NCBI RefSeq assembly: GCF_947568905.1
Contig: NC_079166.1
Span: 55,552,001-55,616,000 of the forward strand
Direction: 5' to 3'
DNA length: 64,000 nt
Origin: Ostrea edulis
Lineage: Eukaryota
Shown: positions 24,187-38,006 of the stretch, piece after piece
How the letters are laid out: each line of letters starts with the position of its first letter
Position numbering within the stretch: position 1 is the stretch's first letter
Notes under the pieces: model-generated
What the model saw: the letters and a program-made list of their open reading frames with translations, nothing else
Told to the model about the DNA's origin: nothing
Databases searched by the model: none
Position numbers and translations under genes: made by a program

Positions 24187-25225
24187 TCTCCCTTCTTTTA
24201 AATGAATGAGTCATATTGAAATCATCACCAGCATATCAGCATACATATAAATACATAATTTGACATAACTACAGAGAAAAGATAGTGCGAGGTTTGACCA
24301 CACGACCACGTAAGGTTCTGACTTAGGGGTAGCAAAAGGGGCTCTAACTGTTTCAGGTTTTGGACAAGGAGTAGACACATTTCCCAGGTTGCTAGAATTG
24401 GTTATCAGAGATGAGGTCTGGACTGAAGATTATCTAACGGAGTGGCGGATTGATGTTGGTGGCTCAAGACGTCGGTGGATCGAATTCCAGTAAAGTGGCT
24501 TCACGGAACTTGATCAAGTCAAGGCGATTCCTGCGGTAGCCACGACCATCGGTGGTCTCTACAGTGTAAGGTCAAGGATCAACTTGTTTTGTTACTGTCG
24601 ACGGAACCCAAATACCCTGTTTCTTAATTCTGACGATTTCTCCCTTGATTCTGACGATTTCTCCCTTGATTCTGACGATTTCTCCCTTCTCGAGGTACTT
24701 AAGTGGTGTAGACTGTCGCGAATAGTATGTAGCTTGTTTTTCTCGACTATGAACTAGCTGACTGTGGTATTGTTTATGATGCACGAGTTTTGGCTGAAGT
24801 TGACTATGAGTTGACGGGACGAAGTCGTCGACTCATCAGAGCTTGTGCCGGGGAAGTGTCGCCTTCCAACGGAGTGTTTAGGTATTCAAGGATGCCTAAA
24901 TAAGGATCTTTGTGGTCAAATTGGCATTTGCCATTGACATCAGGTCAGATCAAGACGAGTTTCAGCGCAAAATCGACGAGATCTACGAGAGTTTACAGGG
25001 TGTCACAACGCTTGGCTCGTCATTTATGGCAAAACGCGTGAGAAGCATGACGAGAGCCTCCACAAATCTTGACGCGATCCTACGAAAAAGGGGTCAAACT
25101 CAACCCAGATAATCTCACCGATTGGCTCATCGAGGTTCTTTATTTTGGACACGTTTTGTCCGCAGATGGCCTCAAGCCAGATCCTAGCAATTTATCCGCT
25201 ATTCGTGACATGGGAGCCCACTTGC
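23990..25225 (-). mobile_element. Rearranged Gypsy remnant: 3' LTR, PPT and integrase tail (minus) joined to an RT fragment (plus)
   Basis: Minus: LEYLNTPLEGDTSPAQALMSRRLR, GEIVRIK, DGRGYRRNR, TLRGRVVKP; PPT aaaagaagggaga (24199-24187) then TGTAAT...aataaa...CCAACA. Plus: DEFQRKIDEIYE, YFGHVLSADGLKPDP. Confidence 0.82.
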
Positions 25226-25264
25226 GATCGCAAAAAGCTCGAAACGATCCTATATAACAATAGT

Positions 25265-28208
25265 AAATAAATAACAACGATATCTAAATAACAACAATAT
25301 CTAAATAACAACAATATCTAAATAACAATGATATTTAAATAACAATATCTAAATAACAATGAAATCTAAATAACAATGATATCTAAATAACAATATCTGA
25401 ATAACAATGATATTTAAATAACAATATCTAAATAACAACAATATCTAAATAACAACGATATCTAAATAACAATATCTAAATAACAATGATATTTAAATAA
25501 CAATATCTGAATAACAATGATATCTAAATAACAATATCTAAATAAAAATATCTAAATAACAACATCTAAATAACAACAATTTCTAGATAACAATATCTAA
25601 AAAACAGCAATATCTAAAAAATAACAATAGCTAGATAACAATATCTAAATAACAACGATATCTAAATAACATCAATATCTAAATAACAACGATATCTAAA
25701 TAACATAATCTAAATAACAATGATATCTAAATAAATTATCTAAATAAAAATATCTAAATAACAACATCAAAATAACAATAATTTCTAGATAACAATATCT
25801 AAATAACAATGATATCTAAATAACAATATCTAAATAACAACAATATCTAAATAACAACGATATTTAAATAACAATGATATCTAAATAACAATATCTAAAT
25901 AAAAATATCTAAATAACAACATCTAAATAACAACAATTTCTAGATAACAATATCTAAATAACAACAATATCTAAATAACAATATCTAAATAATAGCAATA
26001 GCTATATAACAACAATATCTAAATAACAGCAAGATCTAATTAATAACAATATCTAAATAACAGCAAGATCTAAATAATAACAATAGCTAAAGAATAACAT
26101 TATCTAAATAATAACAAAAGCTATATAACAATAATATCTAATTAACAACAATATCTAAATAACAACAATATCTAGATAACAACAATATCTAGATAACAAC
26201 AATATCTAGATAACAACAATATCTAAATAACAACAATTTCCAGACAACAACAATATCTAAACAACAATATCTAAATAACAGCAAGATCTAAATAATAACA
26301 ATATCTAAATAACAACAATATCTCGATAACAACAATATCTAAACAAGAGGCCCATGGGCCATATCGCTCACCTAAGTCACCTTGGCCCATATCTGAAGAC
26401 TTTCAATATATATTTGCATGTAAAACCTTAGTCCTTATTACAGCCCAGACTACCCTTTGCAAACTTGAATCTACACTATGTCAGAAAGCTTTCATGTAAA
26501 TGTCAACTTCTTTGGCCCAATGGTTCTTGAGAAGATTTTTAAAGCTTTTTCCTATATTTGTATGTAAAACTTTGACCCCCCCCCCACTTGTGGCCCCATC
26601 CTACCCCCCCCCGGGGGGGGGCATGATTTGAACAAACTTGAATCTGCATAATGTCAGAAAGTTTTCTTGTAAATATCAGCTTTTCTGACTCGGTGGTAAT
26701 TGAGAAAAAGATTTTAACTATATATTTGTATGTAAAACTTTGATCCCACTTGTGGCCCCATCCTACCCCCGGGGGCCATGATTTGAACAAACTTGAATCT
26801 GCATTATGTCAGAAAGTTTTCATGTAAAAATCAGCTTTTCTGGCTTAGTGGTTCTTGAGAAGAAGATTTTAAAAGTTTTTTCCTATATATTTGTATGTAA
26901 AACTTTGATCCCCCCTTGTGGCCCCATCCTATCCCCGGAGGCCATGATTTGAACAAACTTGAATCTGCACTATGTCAGAAAGTTTTCATGTAAAAATCAG
27001 CTTTTCTGGCTTAATGGTTCTTGAGAAGAAGATTTTTAAAGATTTTTCCTATATATTTGTATGTAAAACTTTGATCCCCTATTGTGGCCCCATCCAACCC
27101 CAGGGGCCCATGATTTGAACAAACTTGAATCTGCATTATGTCAGGAAGCTTTCATGTAAATCTCAGCTTTTCTGGCTTAGTGGTTTTTGAGAAGAAGATT
27201 TTTAAAGTTTTTCCCTATATATTTGTGTGTAAAACTTTGATCCCCCCTTGTGGCCCCATCTTATCACGGGGGTCATGATTTGAACAAACTTGAATCTGCT
27301 CTATGTCAGAAAGTTTTCATGTAAAAATCAGCTTTTCTGGCTCAGTGGTTATTGAGAAGAAGATTTTTAAATGACCCCACCCTATTTTTGCATTTTAGTG
27401 ATTATCTCCTCTTTGAAAGGGACATGGTCCTTCATTTGAACAAACTCGAAAGCCCTTCACCCAAGGATGCTTTTGGCCATGTTTGGTTGAAATTGGTCTA
27501 GTGGCTCTGGAGAAGAAGTCGAAAATGTGAAAAGTTTAACAGACAGACGGACAGACAGACAGACAGACGGACAGACAGACAGACAGACGGACAGACAAAC
27601 AGACAGACGACGGACAAAAAGTGATCAGAAAAGCTCACTTGAACCTTTGGTTCAGGTGAGTTAATAACAACAATATTTAAATAACAACAATATCTAAATA
27701 ACAACAATATCTAAATAACAACAATATCTAAATAACAATATCTAAATAACAACAATATCTAGATAACAACAATATTTAAATAACAACAATATCTAAATAA
27801 CAACAATATCTAAATAACAATATCTAAATAACAACAATATCTAGATAACAACAATATGTAAATAACAATATCTAAATAACAACAATATCTAAATAACAAC
27901 AATATCTAGATAACAACAATATCTAAATAACAAAAATATCTAAATAACAACAATATCTAGATAACAACAATATCTAAATAATAACAATATCTTAATAACA
28001 ACAATATCTAAATAACAACAATATCTAAATAACAACAATATCTAGATAACAACAATATCTAAATAATAACAATATCTTAATAACAACAATATCTAAATAA
28101 CAACAATATCTAAATAACAACAATATCTAAATAACAACAATATCTAAATAACAACAATATCTAACAACAATTTCTAAATAACAATAATATCTAAGTAAAC
28201 AACAATAT
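25265..28208. repeat. A/C-rich 17-bp (and 14-bp variant) tandem array, split by a Helentron-type insertion
   Basis: Unit taaataacaacaatatc on both sides of 26342-27664. Confidence 0.95.
26342..27664 (-). mobile_element. Helentron-type non-autonomous element (HINE) carrying Cg170-like 166-bp repeats
   Basis: Minus 5' end ttaactcacctgaaccaaaggttcaagtgag (hairpin), (GTCT/GTCC)n, five ~166-bp units (ttgaacaaacttg at 26629, 26783, 26949, 27115, 27280), 3' ggcccatgggcctcttgtt. Confidence 0.88.
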
Positions 28209-28240
28209 TCATAATGTAGACATCGGAGACAAATCCCTTT

Positions 28241-30016
28241 TAATGATGAATGTTTGATAATTATGAATATTTGATAATGATGAATGTTTGGTAATGATGA
28301 ATGTTTGATAATTGATAATGATGAATGTTTGATAACGATGAATGTTTGATAACGATGAATGTTTGATAACTATGAATGTTTATTATTGATGAAAGTTTGA
28401 TAATGATGAATGTTTGATAATGATGAATGTTTGATAACGGTAAATGTTTGATAATGATGAATGTTTATTATTGATGAACGTTTGATAACAATGAATGTTT
28501 GATAACTATGAATGTTTATTATTGATGAATGTTTGATAATGATGAATGTTTGATAATGATGAATGTTTGATAATGATGAATGTTTGATAATGATGAATGT
28601 TTGATAACGATGAATGTTTATTATTGATGAATGTTTGATAATGATGAATGTTTGATAATGATGAATGTTTGATAACGATGAATGTTTGATAATGATGAAT
28701 GTTTATTATTGATGAATGTTTGATAACGATGAATGTTTGATAATGATGAATGTTTGATAATGATGAATGTTTGATAACTATGAATGTTTGATAATGATGA
28801 ATGTTTATTATTGATGAATGTTTGATAATGATGAATGTTTGATAATGATGAATGTTTGATAATGATGAATGTTTATTATTGATGAATGTTTGATAATGAT
28901 GAATGTTTGATAATGATGAATGTTTATTATTGATGAATGTTTGATAACGATGAATGTTTGATAACTATGAATGTTTATTATTGATGAATGTTTGATAATG
29001 ATGAATGTTTGATAATGATGAATGTTTGATAATGATGAATGTTTGATAATGATGAATGTTTGATAATGATGAATGTTTGATAATGATGAATGTTTATTAT
29101 TGATGAAAGTTTGATAATGATGAATGTTTGATAATGATGAATGTTTGATAACGGTGAATGTTTGATAATGATGAATGTTTGATAACGATGAATGTTTGAT
29201 AATGATGAATGTTTGATAATGATGAATGTTTGATAATGATGAATGTTTGATAACGATGAATGTTTGATAATGATGAATGTTTGATAATGATGAATGTTTA
29301 TTATTGATGAAAGTTTGATAATGATGAATGTTTGATAATGATGAATGTTTGATAACGGTGAATGTTTGATAATGATGAATGTTTGATAACGATGAATGTT
29401 TGGTAATGATGAATGTTTGATAATGATGAATGTTTATTATTGATGAATGTTTGATAATGATGAATATTTGATAATGATGAATATTTGATAATGATGAATG
29501 TTTGATAATGATGAATGTTTATTATTGATGAATGTTTGATAATAATGAATGTTTGATAATGATGAATGTTTGATAATGATGAATGTTTGATAATGATGAA
29601 TGTTTGATAATGATGAATGTTTGATAATGATGAAAGTTTGATAATGATGAATATTTGATAATGATGAATATTTGATAATGATGAATGTTTGATAATGATG
29701 AATGTTTGATAATGATGAATGTTTGATAATTGATAATGATGAATGTTTGATAATGATGAATGTTTGATAATGATGAATGTTTATTATTGATGAATGTTTG
29801 ATAATGATGAATATTTGATAATGATGAATGTTTGATAATGATGAATGTTTGATAATGATGAATGTTTATTATTGATGAATGTTTGACAATGATGAATATT
29901 TGATAATGATGAATGTTTGACATTGATGAATGTTTGATAACGGTAAATGTTTGATAATGATGAATGTTTATTATTGATGAATGTTTGATAACAATGAATG
30001 TTTGATAACTATGAAT
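28241..30016. repeat. T/G-rich 17-bp tandem array, ~100 copies
   Basis: Unit tgataatgatgaatgtt with tattattgatgaatgtt and tgataacgatgaatgtt variants. Confidence 0.97.
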
Positions 30017-30505
30017 CACCATAGTTACTGATATTGGACAGATTTCTATCTTTTCTAGCCACGAGTTGACTGTATGCGGTGTACACTAGCATTCCTACAA
30101 TAAAGAACATATCGATATTGACTGCCAGCGGGGATCCTGAGAACTTCATTATTTACTAAAGGTGTCCAGGCACAATTTGTAACATAAAACGAAATTATTG
30201 ATTGTTTGGAGGGAGGGGCGAGGGCGATGTGTAAACTTTTCACCCCATGATTAGTTTACTGACCTCCGGATCAAGTAGAGTATGATATGTTCGAAGTAGA
30301 ATATTTATTTATTACATTTCAATAAAATACAGAGGGTATAGAAAAATACAACATGAAAACAAAGGTGATGGTCATCTAAATCAAAGAATCGGAATGTTTT
30401 TCAGGATCAGTTTTTTTTTTAAAATTTCTTTACCGTGCAATATGTATTAAGGAAATAAAGGACAATACCTGTACAAGACCAGTACACATAATAAAGGAAA
30501 AGGTG

Positions 30506-30508
<3 letters not shown>

Positions 30509-30553
<45 letters not shown>
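30509..30553. repeat. (GA)n microsatellite
   Basis: gaga run. Confidence 0.95.
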
Positions 30554-30557
<4 letters not shown>

Positions 30558-32550
30558 AAGCCCTGTTTATTGTTGAAGTTAATGGGAGAGAAAGCGTTGA
30601 ACATTACTTTGCCTGAATGGTAATTCTCCTTTTCCCTGAAGTAATCATCTTAATGAATGTTTTATTGCTGAATAAAAAATCGATCATTACATGATCGCAC
30701 GCTTGAACATTATAGGATGAAAATAGAAATGTGTGTCCAGGTGTTAATGAGGTATCTACTAGATATTATTTTGCACCTGTTGCAAAGATTGAAATGGATC
30801 ATCCAGGCTTTTTTCCCCCTTTCTTTCAGCAGGGCAATTGTTAATTCATTGTTCCATGTATTTTGCTCATCCCCTTGATTTCTACAGCCCCTTTTAACCC
30901 CGCCTTTCTTCCTTCTGTTGGTGTCTTATAATATATGCATCTCTTTCCTTTTCTCTATCGTCCTTTCCCGTCTCCCTTGTAATTATTTCCGTACTCATAA
31001 AGTACCTCCGGTTCATTGGTGTAATGTGTTGCGTTGTAGTGGAAGGAATTTATAAATCCAAACGTATCGAAGGATGCAGAGATCGTTTTTCCGTTCTAGT
31101 AATTTGTAGGGAGGGGCATCCCAATCACGTGTTAAAGACCACAACTCAAGACATCAAAACCAGTTTACAACTTTATTTTCCCCACCAAAGCCAAAATGTG
31201 TGTGAAATATCGGTCAAATCAGCATTAAAGTCACTCAATCTTCAGTCCGTGGGTTAAGTGGAGAGGCTGTTAGATCAAATGATATAACCTTCTCTCACCT
31301 CCTGCAAGACTTGACCTTATCAAACCACCATTAAATTACCGAACCGAAAAATTAGGAAAATAATTGGGAACGTTAGAAATCATACGAGTCTACATGTACC
31401 TGAAAATAAATTAGTAAAGAAAAGGAATCAATTTTGCCTGATACCAACCTATCTCAAATTGTATTTGGAATCTTCCCGACAAGCCATATCAATAAAGCAT
31501 GGAGATTCATATTTTATTATAGATTAAAACACACGACTATAGTCATATCAATAAAGCATGAAGATTCATCCGGTACGAAAGATTTTATTACAGATTAAAA
31601 CACACAACTAGTCCGAGTAATCAAGGTGTCATGAAATAATAAAGGTATCCACGAGATTAATGTAAAGTTGTACATGCATCATGAAAACGTATTCTGGTGT
31701 TCGCATGAATCTGGTGTTCGCTGTGGATGTGTTAATCTAGGATAAAAGCAATATCTTCTGTTGTGGCCTTTGGTGATATATCCTCACTAAACATTTTTAA
31801 TCAAATATGCAATATGACTATCTTTGGGTACACTGCAGATTTATTGGATGAAAGATACCAGAGAGGACAAACGGTTCACAAAGAAATCTAATGTTTGATA
31901 ATTAAGCCTCAGCACATTTCCCAGAATATACATGTATATAATCTCAAAGGCGAACTTTGATGGGTTTTTTTCTTTCCTTCTTCAAATATCAAGTGTACTA
32001 AAGTTTGACAAATGTGTACTTCAATTGTAGATAGTTGCATAAATGGCATGTGAACATGAATTTCACAGTGATCATTGCAAGAGTCTACACATATACAACC
32101 AGTACATGTAGCATACGTATAATGGAACCTAAACGTCGAGTGAACATTTACTGTTAACATTTTATTGCTTATTGAGAAATAACACATCTGAGAAATCTGA
32201 TATGGGTGTAAAGAAGAAAATATGTACAATAATATTTTGAAAATGAAAATTTCCAGATGTATCGTATTTAGTTAATTATAGTCTTAGTAGAAAGTAATCT
32301 GAAAAAAAAATCTGCTAGACTCAAACCCACAATTAATCTTCAGTTAACTCACTGAGCTACCCGGTTAGGCAATTAGATTTAAAAGGAATATACATACATA
32401 ATACATACATATATATATATATATATATTTTGCTGATATTTATATTTTCATTCAAGTTTCCAAAGGAAGGCAGCCATTATGATGTTAATCATCCTTATCC
32501 ATAAATGCAACCTTTGTCTTTTATTTGACATCGAAGAAATTTGATAAGCT

Positions 32551-32700
32551 ATAGGACTCATGGCGAGTGTGACCTGTCGACAAGGGATGCTTACTCCTCC
32601 TAGGCACTGGTATATCCAGGGGTTCGTGTTTGCCCAACTCTCTATTTTGTATTGCTTATAGGAATTATGAGATTGATCACTGTTCGTTATCTTCACCTTT
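32551..32700 (+). mobile_element. Solo 3' terminal motif of the Penelope-like family
   Basis: gtgtgacctgtcgacaagggatgcttactcctcctaggcac...tcttcaccttt matches 10340-10493 with an internal deletion. Confidence 0.85.
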
Positions 32701-32830
32701 CTTAATGTACTAGTATTCATGAATTATTTTTATAAGAATTAGATCAAATTATATAAGTACTAAATAGGATTATAAAATACTCTGGAATCATGGTCAGCAT
32801 CTATAGATTACAATGTACCACCTAGGACCT

Positions 32831-33190
32831 CAGTATGCCACCAACCTCTGTCAATGTTCATAGTTTACAGTATGCCACCAACCTTGTTTACAGTATACCA
32901 CCAACCTCTGTCAGTGTTCATAGTTTACAGTACATTCCATCAATGACTCTGTGAGTGTTCAGTAGTTTACAGTATGCCACCAACCTTGTTTACAGTATAC
33001 CACCAACCTCTGTCAGTGTTCATAGTTTACAGTACATGTCATCAATGACTCTGTGAGTGTTCAGTAGTTTACAGTACATGTCATCAATGACTCTGTGAGT
33101 GTTCAGTAGTTTACAGTACATGTCATCAATGACTCTGTGAGTGTTCAGTAGTTTACAGTACATGTCATCAATGACCACTGTCAATGTTCA
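32831..33190. repeat. Mixed-period tandem repeat (23, 37 and ~42-bp units)
   Basis: gtttacagta anchors at irregular spacings; later units gtttacagtacatgtcatcaatgactctgtgagtgttcagta. Confidence 0.85.
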
Positions 33191-33217
33191 TGATGTATAC
33201 CAAATGACATACTTAAA

Positions 33218-34127
33218 AACAAGAGGTACTGTGAGCAATGCTCACTAAGAATACCCCCCCCCCTTACCCCAATCTCCCAAAGGGTAATAGGTATAAACTA
33301 CCTCTTTTCTGAGTGTAAAAAACAAATGGCATGACAAACCGAACCATATTGCTACTTCGATGTCCAGTGCGCATGACCTTTGACCTTTTAACCCCAAAAT
33401 CGATAGGGAACATCTTCATCCCATGGGTAGTCCATATGTATGATATGGTGACTGTAGGTGGAAAGGATAATGCTTTAGAGCCCGGAAACCATATTGCTAC
33501 TTCAATGTCCAGTGCGCTTGACCTTTGACGAGCCCGGAAACCATATTGCTACTTCGATGTCCAGTGCACATGACCTTTGATCTTTTAACCCCAAAATCGA
33601 TAGGGAACATCTTCATCCCATGGGTAGTCCATATGTATGATATGGTGACTGTAGGTGGAAAGGATAACGCTTTAGAGCCCGGAAACCATATTGCTACTTC
33701 AATGTCCAGTGCGCTTGACCTTTAACGAGCCCGGAAACCATATTGCTACTTCGATGTCCAGTGCACATGACCTTTGATCTTTTAACCCCAAAATCGATAG
33801 GGAACATCTTCATCCCATGGGTAGTCCATATGTATGAAATGGTGACTGTAGGTGGAAAGGATAACGCTTTAGAGCCCGGAAACCATATTGCTACTTGAAT
33901 GTCCAGTGTGCTTGACCTTTGACCTTTTGACCCCAAAATCGATAGGGAACATCTTCATCCCATGGGTAGTCCATATATATGATATGGTGACAGTAGGTGG
34001 AAAGGATAATGTTTTAGAGCCCGGAAACCATTGCGTCTACAGACGGATGGACGGACAGACGGATGGACGGGCAGACGGACAACCCGATTCCAGTATACCC
34101 CCCCACAACTTGTTGCGGGGGGTATAA
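33218..34127 (-). mobile_element. Helentron-type non-autonomous element with ~197-bp internal repeats
   Basis: Minus 5' ttatacccccgcaacaagttgtgggggg hairpin, (GTCC)n, near-identical internal units, 3' gtgagcattgctcacagtacctcttgtt. Confidence 0.85.
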
Positions 34128-36839
34128 CTAGTTTCCAATTCTATTACTTTTGGGAGTCTGTCAAATTCCACAGCAATCTCATTTCGCAAGAATACATTAT
34201 GTACCATATTATCACTACAGAACTATAATCTCTGAACAAAATAATGAACAATATAACTTCAGAATGCATTTTTCAAAAGTTTAATTAAACAGCATAAACA
34301 AGAAATCTATATGCAGAAAATAACTTAAAAAGAAAAAAAAAACCCACTAAACTAATCACATCTCTACAAATATAATACATCTAAGTGTTACACGATCATT
34401 GAGTAATCACTAGATGTACATCCTGCATGTAAATTATTAATTAATCAAGTATTGTGACTAAACAACCATGTTTATCCCTGTATTTCTAACTTTTAATGTT
34501 ACTGACCATACAAAATTAAGCACTGTTACATACTCAATTTTTACAAAGTTGTACATGTACTCTACGAGATTACCGGTCTAGCTGAACACTTGGTTCTGAT
34601 GTTCAGTATTTGTGCACCAGCCATTTTTATGTTCACTGTTAGTAAATATGTATGGCATTCCATTTCACTATCTTACAAGATGAAATTCAAAATACAATTG
34701 ACAAAAGTTTCTCAAATTGATGGGAACACTTCTATGCTAGTGCTAATGAATGGTGCACACACCTTTCATTTCTATCTTTATTTCAAATATATTTGGCCAG
34801 TATTATATTTATAAATCTTTAAAAAAAAAAAAAGGAAAAAAAAAGAAAGACCCCCCCCCCCAAAAAAAAACAACAACCAAACAACAGAAACAAACAATAC
34901 ATACTTGATATACAATATATTATGCGTATAAAAATAAAATACATATTGAAGTTTCGGAGGATTTACACAACACATTATAAATACATACTTGTACATGAGC
35001 CTATACGAGCCTTACTTCCATTGTGCTACATGTAGTATATGCTACTAATTAATGCAACTTAACATGTTTACAAAACAACTGATGACATCTGACCTTTTGT
35101 ATTAGATTTATTAAATATAAATTTGTTCTGTATATAAAAATCTTCATTTTTCAAATCTCGAATCCCCCCCCCCCCTATCTTTTAACATGAGTAATATATA
35201 AAGATAGGATAATTGTTAAACTATGCATATTCTGAAGACATTGATTGATGAAATGATAAAGCTGAATATCAAAGGTTTTGAAATTCAAAGCAAATCATCA
35301 TCAAAATGTAGTAAAATGAGTGAGAAAATGAACAGAAATCATTAGAGTGACTTTCCTATTGTTTACATGAAAACAATAACGAATCTTTTCAATAGCACTA
35401 TATGATGAATCATGGTTTAAGTACATGTAGCATGTCGCAGTGCTCTTTTTACATCTGCAGAAAATTCTTGTAAACCTCTACTCTTATACATATTTTGTAG
35501 CAAGTGATAAATCCATGTATTAATTAATGCAGATTCTACATGTCATTACGGTCTGATTCTCCAGCTACTACTAAAACAAATAAGAAACTATTCCAAGACC
35601 ACAAATCAAGGAAATATAAAACCAGGCATTATCAACAATACTCGTACTACAGGACCTATGCATATATACATAATCTACTAGTTATTGAGGACTATAATGA
35701 GGTACAAACTGTTCTTGGGTTAATCTGTTCCTGACTGTTGCTTTCAATGCGACACCATAGTGAAATGGGACCAACTAGCTGAACCACTGGGACTTATTCC
35801 TCAAAAAATTGTCAAGAATACTACATGTATATTATAACAAATAGTATTGTTTACAATTTTTTTTTTATTAAATGAGGACAATCCTCCGTGGCTTAAGATG
35901 AATGCCTAAGACATTATCAGGTCACCTGAGTATTAGTTAAAAGTATCACTAGAACCATAGACTATGAAATGTGTAATAATTTTTTTTTCAATAATTTGTT
36001 CTGCAAACCCAAGCTAATTTCTGATCAATCAGCAGCAGTTTAAAATAAGATGATGTGTTCTTTTAAAAAACACAAATGCCCCCAAAAGAGCTCATACTGT
36101 TGAAATACTTGCCATAAAATATTTCAAAATTCTTAGTTATATTTGAATAGTCAATGATATGTTTCAAAATATTGAATCCAAGGACAATAATTCTGTTTTC
36201 ATTCAATTATTTATCAAGTCCATAATGCGATAGATTTCCTTTATTTTTGACAAACATTTTACCAAGGTGATAAGGAATCATTATCTGTGTCTTTTCATGA
36301 AATTACATAAAATTTTAATCCCGAGTGATTTTAAATAGCTCAGCTGTATGGTGCCAGACTTCAGTTTTTGATGGGGGTATACATAATCTGGAAGCTATAG
36401 ATTTGAAATTATTAAGGAAAGGTATGGATTTTTTCCCATGAATAACTATAACAGATGTAACTCTACGATATGTAAACCATGCTATAAGGAAAATGCATCC
36501 ACATTTGTTTGTTTTTTAAAATTTTGGGGAATAACGCTAATTCAATAATTTTGCACATATTATTCTAAAACTTGATGAACATATTGAAAATGACATGTGT
36601 TTTAGTTATTGACATGTTTCCCGATAAATAAATGCTATTCAAAAAATATTTTGTTGTTTTTATATTAAAATAACAACAAATAACTGTGTCCAATGAATTT
36701 CATAAAAATCTACATCGGGGTATATGACTTTAGTGGTGTTTGTAATGAAAATTAATATGGAAACCCTTAACTGTTTTGCCTTTTTTCATTACTCTGAATG
36801 TTAATTTATTGATTCCAAACAAAAAAATGCTACCTAAAC

Positions 36840-38006
36840 CCCAAAAATCCAGGACTAAGGACCCACCTTAAAACACTATATGACTATTTTGGACCTGCTC
36901 TAAAGTCAGAACCTAGGGGTTGTGAAATTCACAATTTTGGTACATCCCTTTTTGCTTTTCCTAAATCAATATGCCTTTACTTTTTATACAGTACATGTAT
37001 CAGCAAAATTAAAGAACAATTCTAAAGTCTTTCAAATGATAAAGACACAAGAATCACTACTGCCCCATCCTGGAACCAAAACCCTAATGGTTACCCTGGG
37101 AACATGAAATCTATGATTTTGGTAGAGGGATACCTGGTCTTTCTATTTATCATAATATCCATTTAGTTTCAACTTAGCATCAAAAGTTTTACACATAAAC
37201 ATTGTATACCAAATTGGCCCTGCCCTGTAGTCAAAACCTTTACCCCATGCAAGAATCATGAAATTTACAATTTTGGTGTAGGCATTCCTGCTCTACATGA
37301 CTATGCATTTAGGTTTTCATAAACAAGTGTGGTACGTTGTATAGAGAAAAAGGCTTTACAAAATTGGTCAATTTTTGGCAGTTTTTCCCTAAGTCCTGAA
37401 ATTTACAATTTATGTCTCCCTTCTCTATGTTTCTCACACCAAATTTGAAAAGAACAGTAGTTATCAAAAAGAAGTTGAAAATTTTTAATTGTTGACAGAC
37501 ACATGTAATTATCAAGACCATTTTGGCCCCACCCTGGTACCAAAACCCCTATCACTTGGATCATAAAATTCGCAATTTTGGTAAAGAACTAACTGTCCCT
37601 ATAAAGTTTCAATTTAGTATCAATAGCATTAAAAAAGACGTTATTTAAATGTTTTACACATAAACAAGATATACCAAGTTTGGCCCAACCTTGGAGTCAA
37701 AACCTCTACCCTGGAATAAAGTTTACAATTTTGGCATTCCTGCTCTACATGGCAATGCATTTACTTTTCCTCACATATGTGTGGTTAGAATAAGATTTTT
37801 TGAAAATTGTTCAAATTGTTGGCATTTGAGAGATACCCCCCCCCCCCCACCTTCAAAGTGTAGAAGTCCTGAGATTTAAAATTTGTATCCCTCTTGTCTA
37901 AAAGATGCTTCACACCAACATTTTTAAAATGTTCTATTGTTAACACACGACGGACGACCACAGACCATTTGCAATAGTCACCTGATTGACTCAGGTGACC
38001 TAAAAA
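36840..38006 (-). mobile_element. Decayed Helentron-type non-autonomous element
   Basis: Minus 5' tttttaggtcacctgagtcaatcaggtgac hairpin and cgtccgtcg; degenerate internal units (gaaatttacaattttgg, ttggccc..cc). Left boundary uncertain. Confidence 0.6.

Noticed and set aside
29522-30022. 166-aa ORF of HHYQTFIIIKHSSLSNI repeats
   Set aside because: Translation of the 17-bp satellite; the frame is open only by composition.
33331-34228. Repeated ORFs MTFDLLTPKSIGNIF... (also 26539-26790, 27498-27707, 48709-49166, 49663-50257)
   Set aside because: Incidental frames in non-autonomous Helentron-type repeats; no recognisable protein motif.
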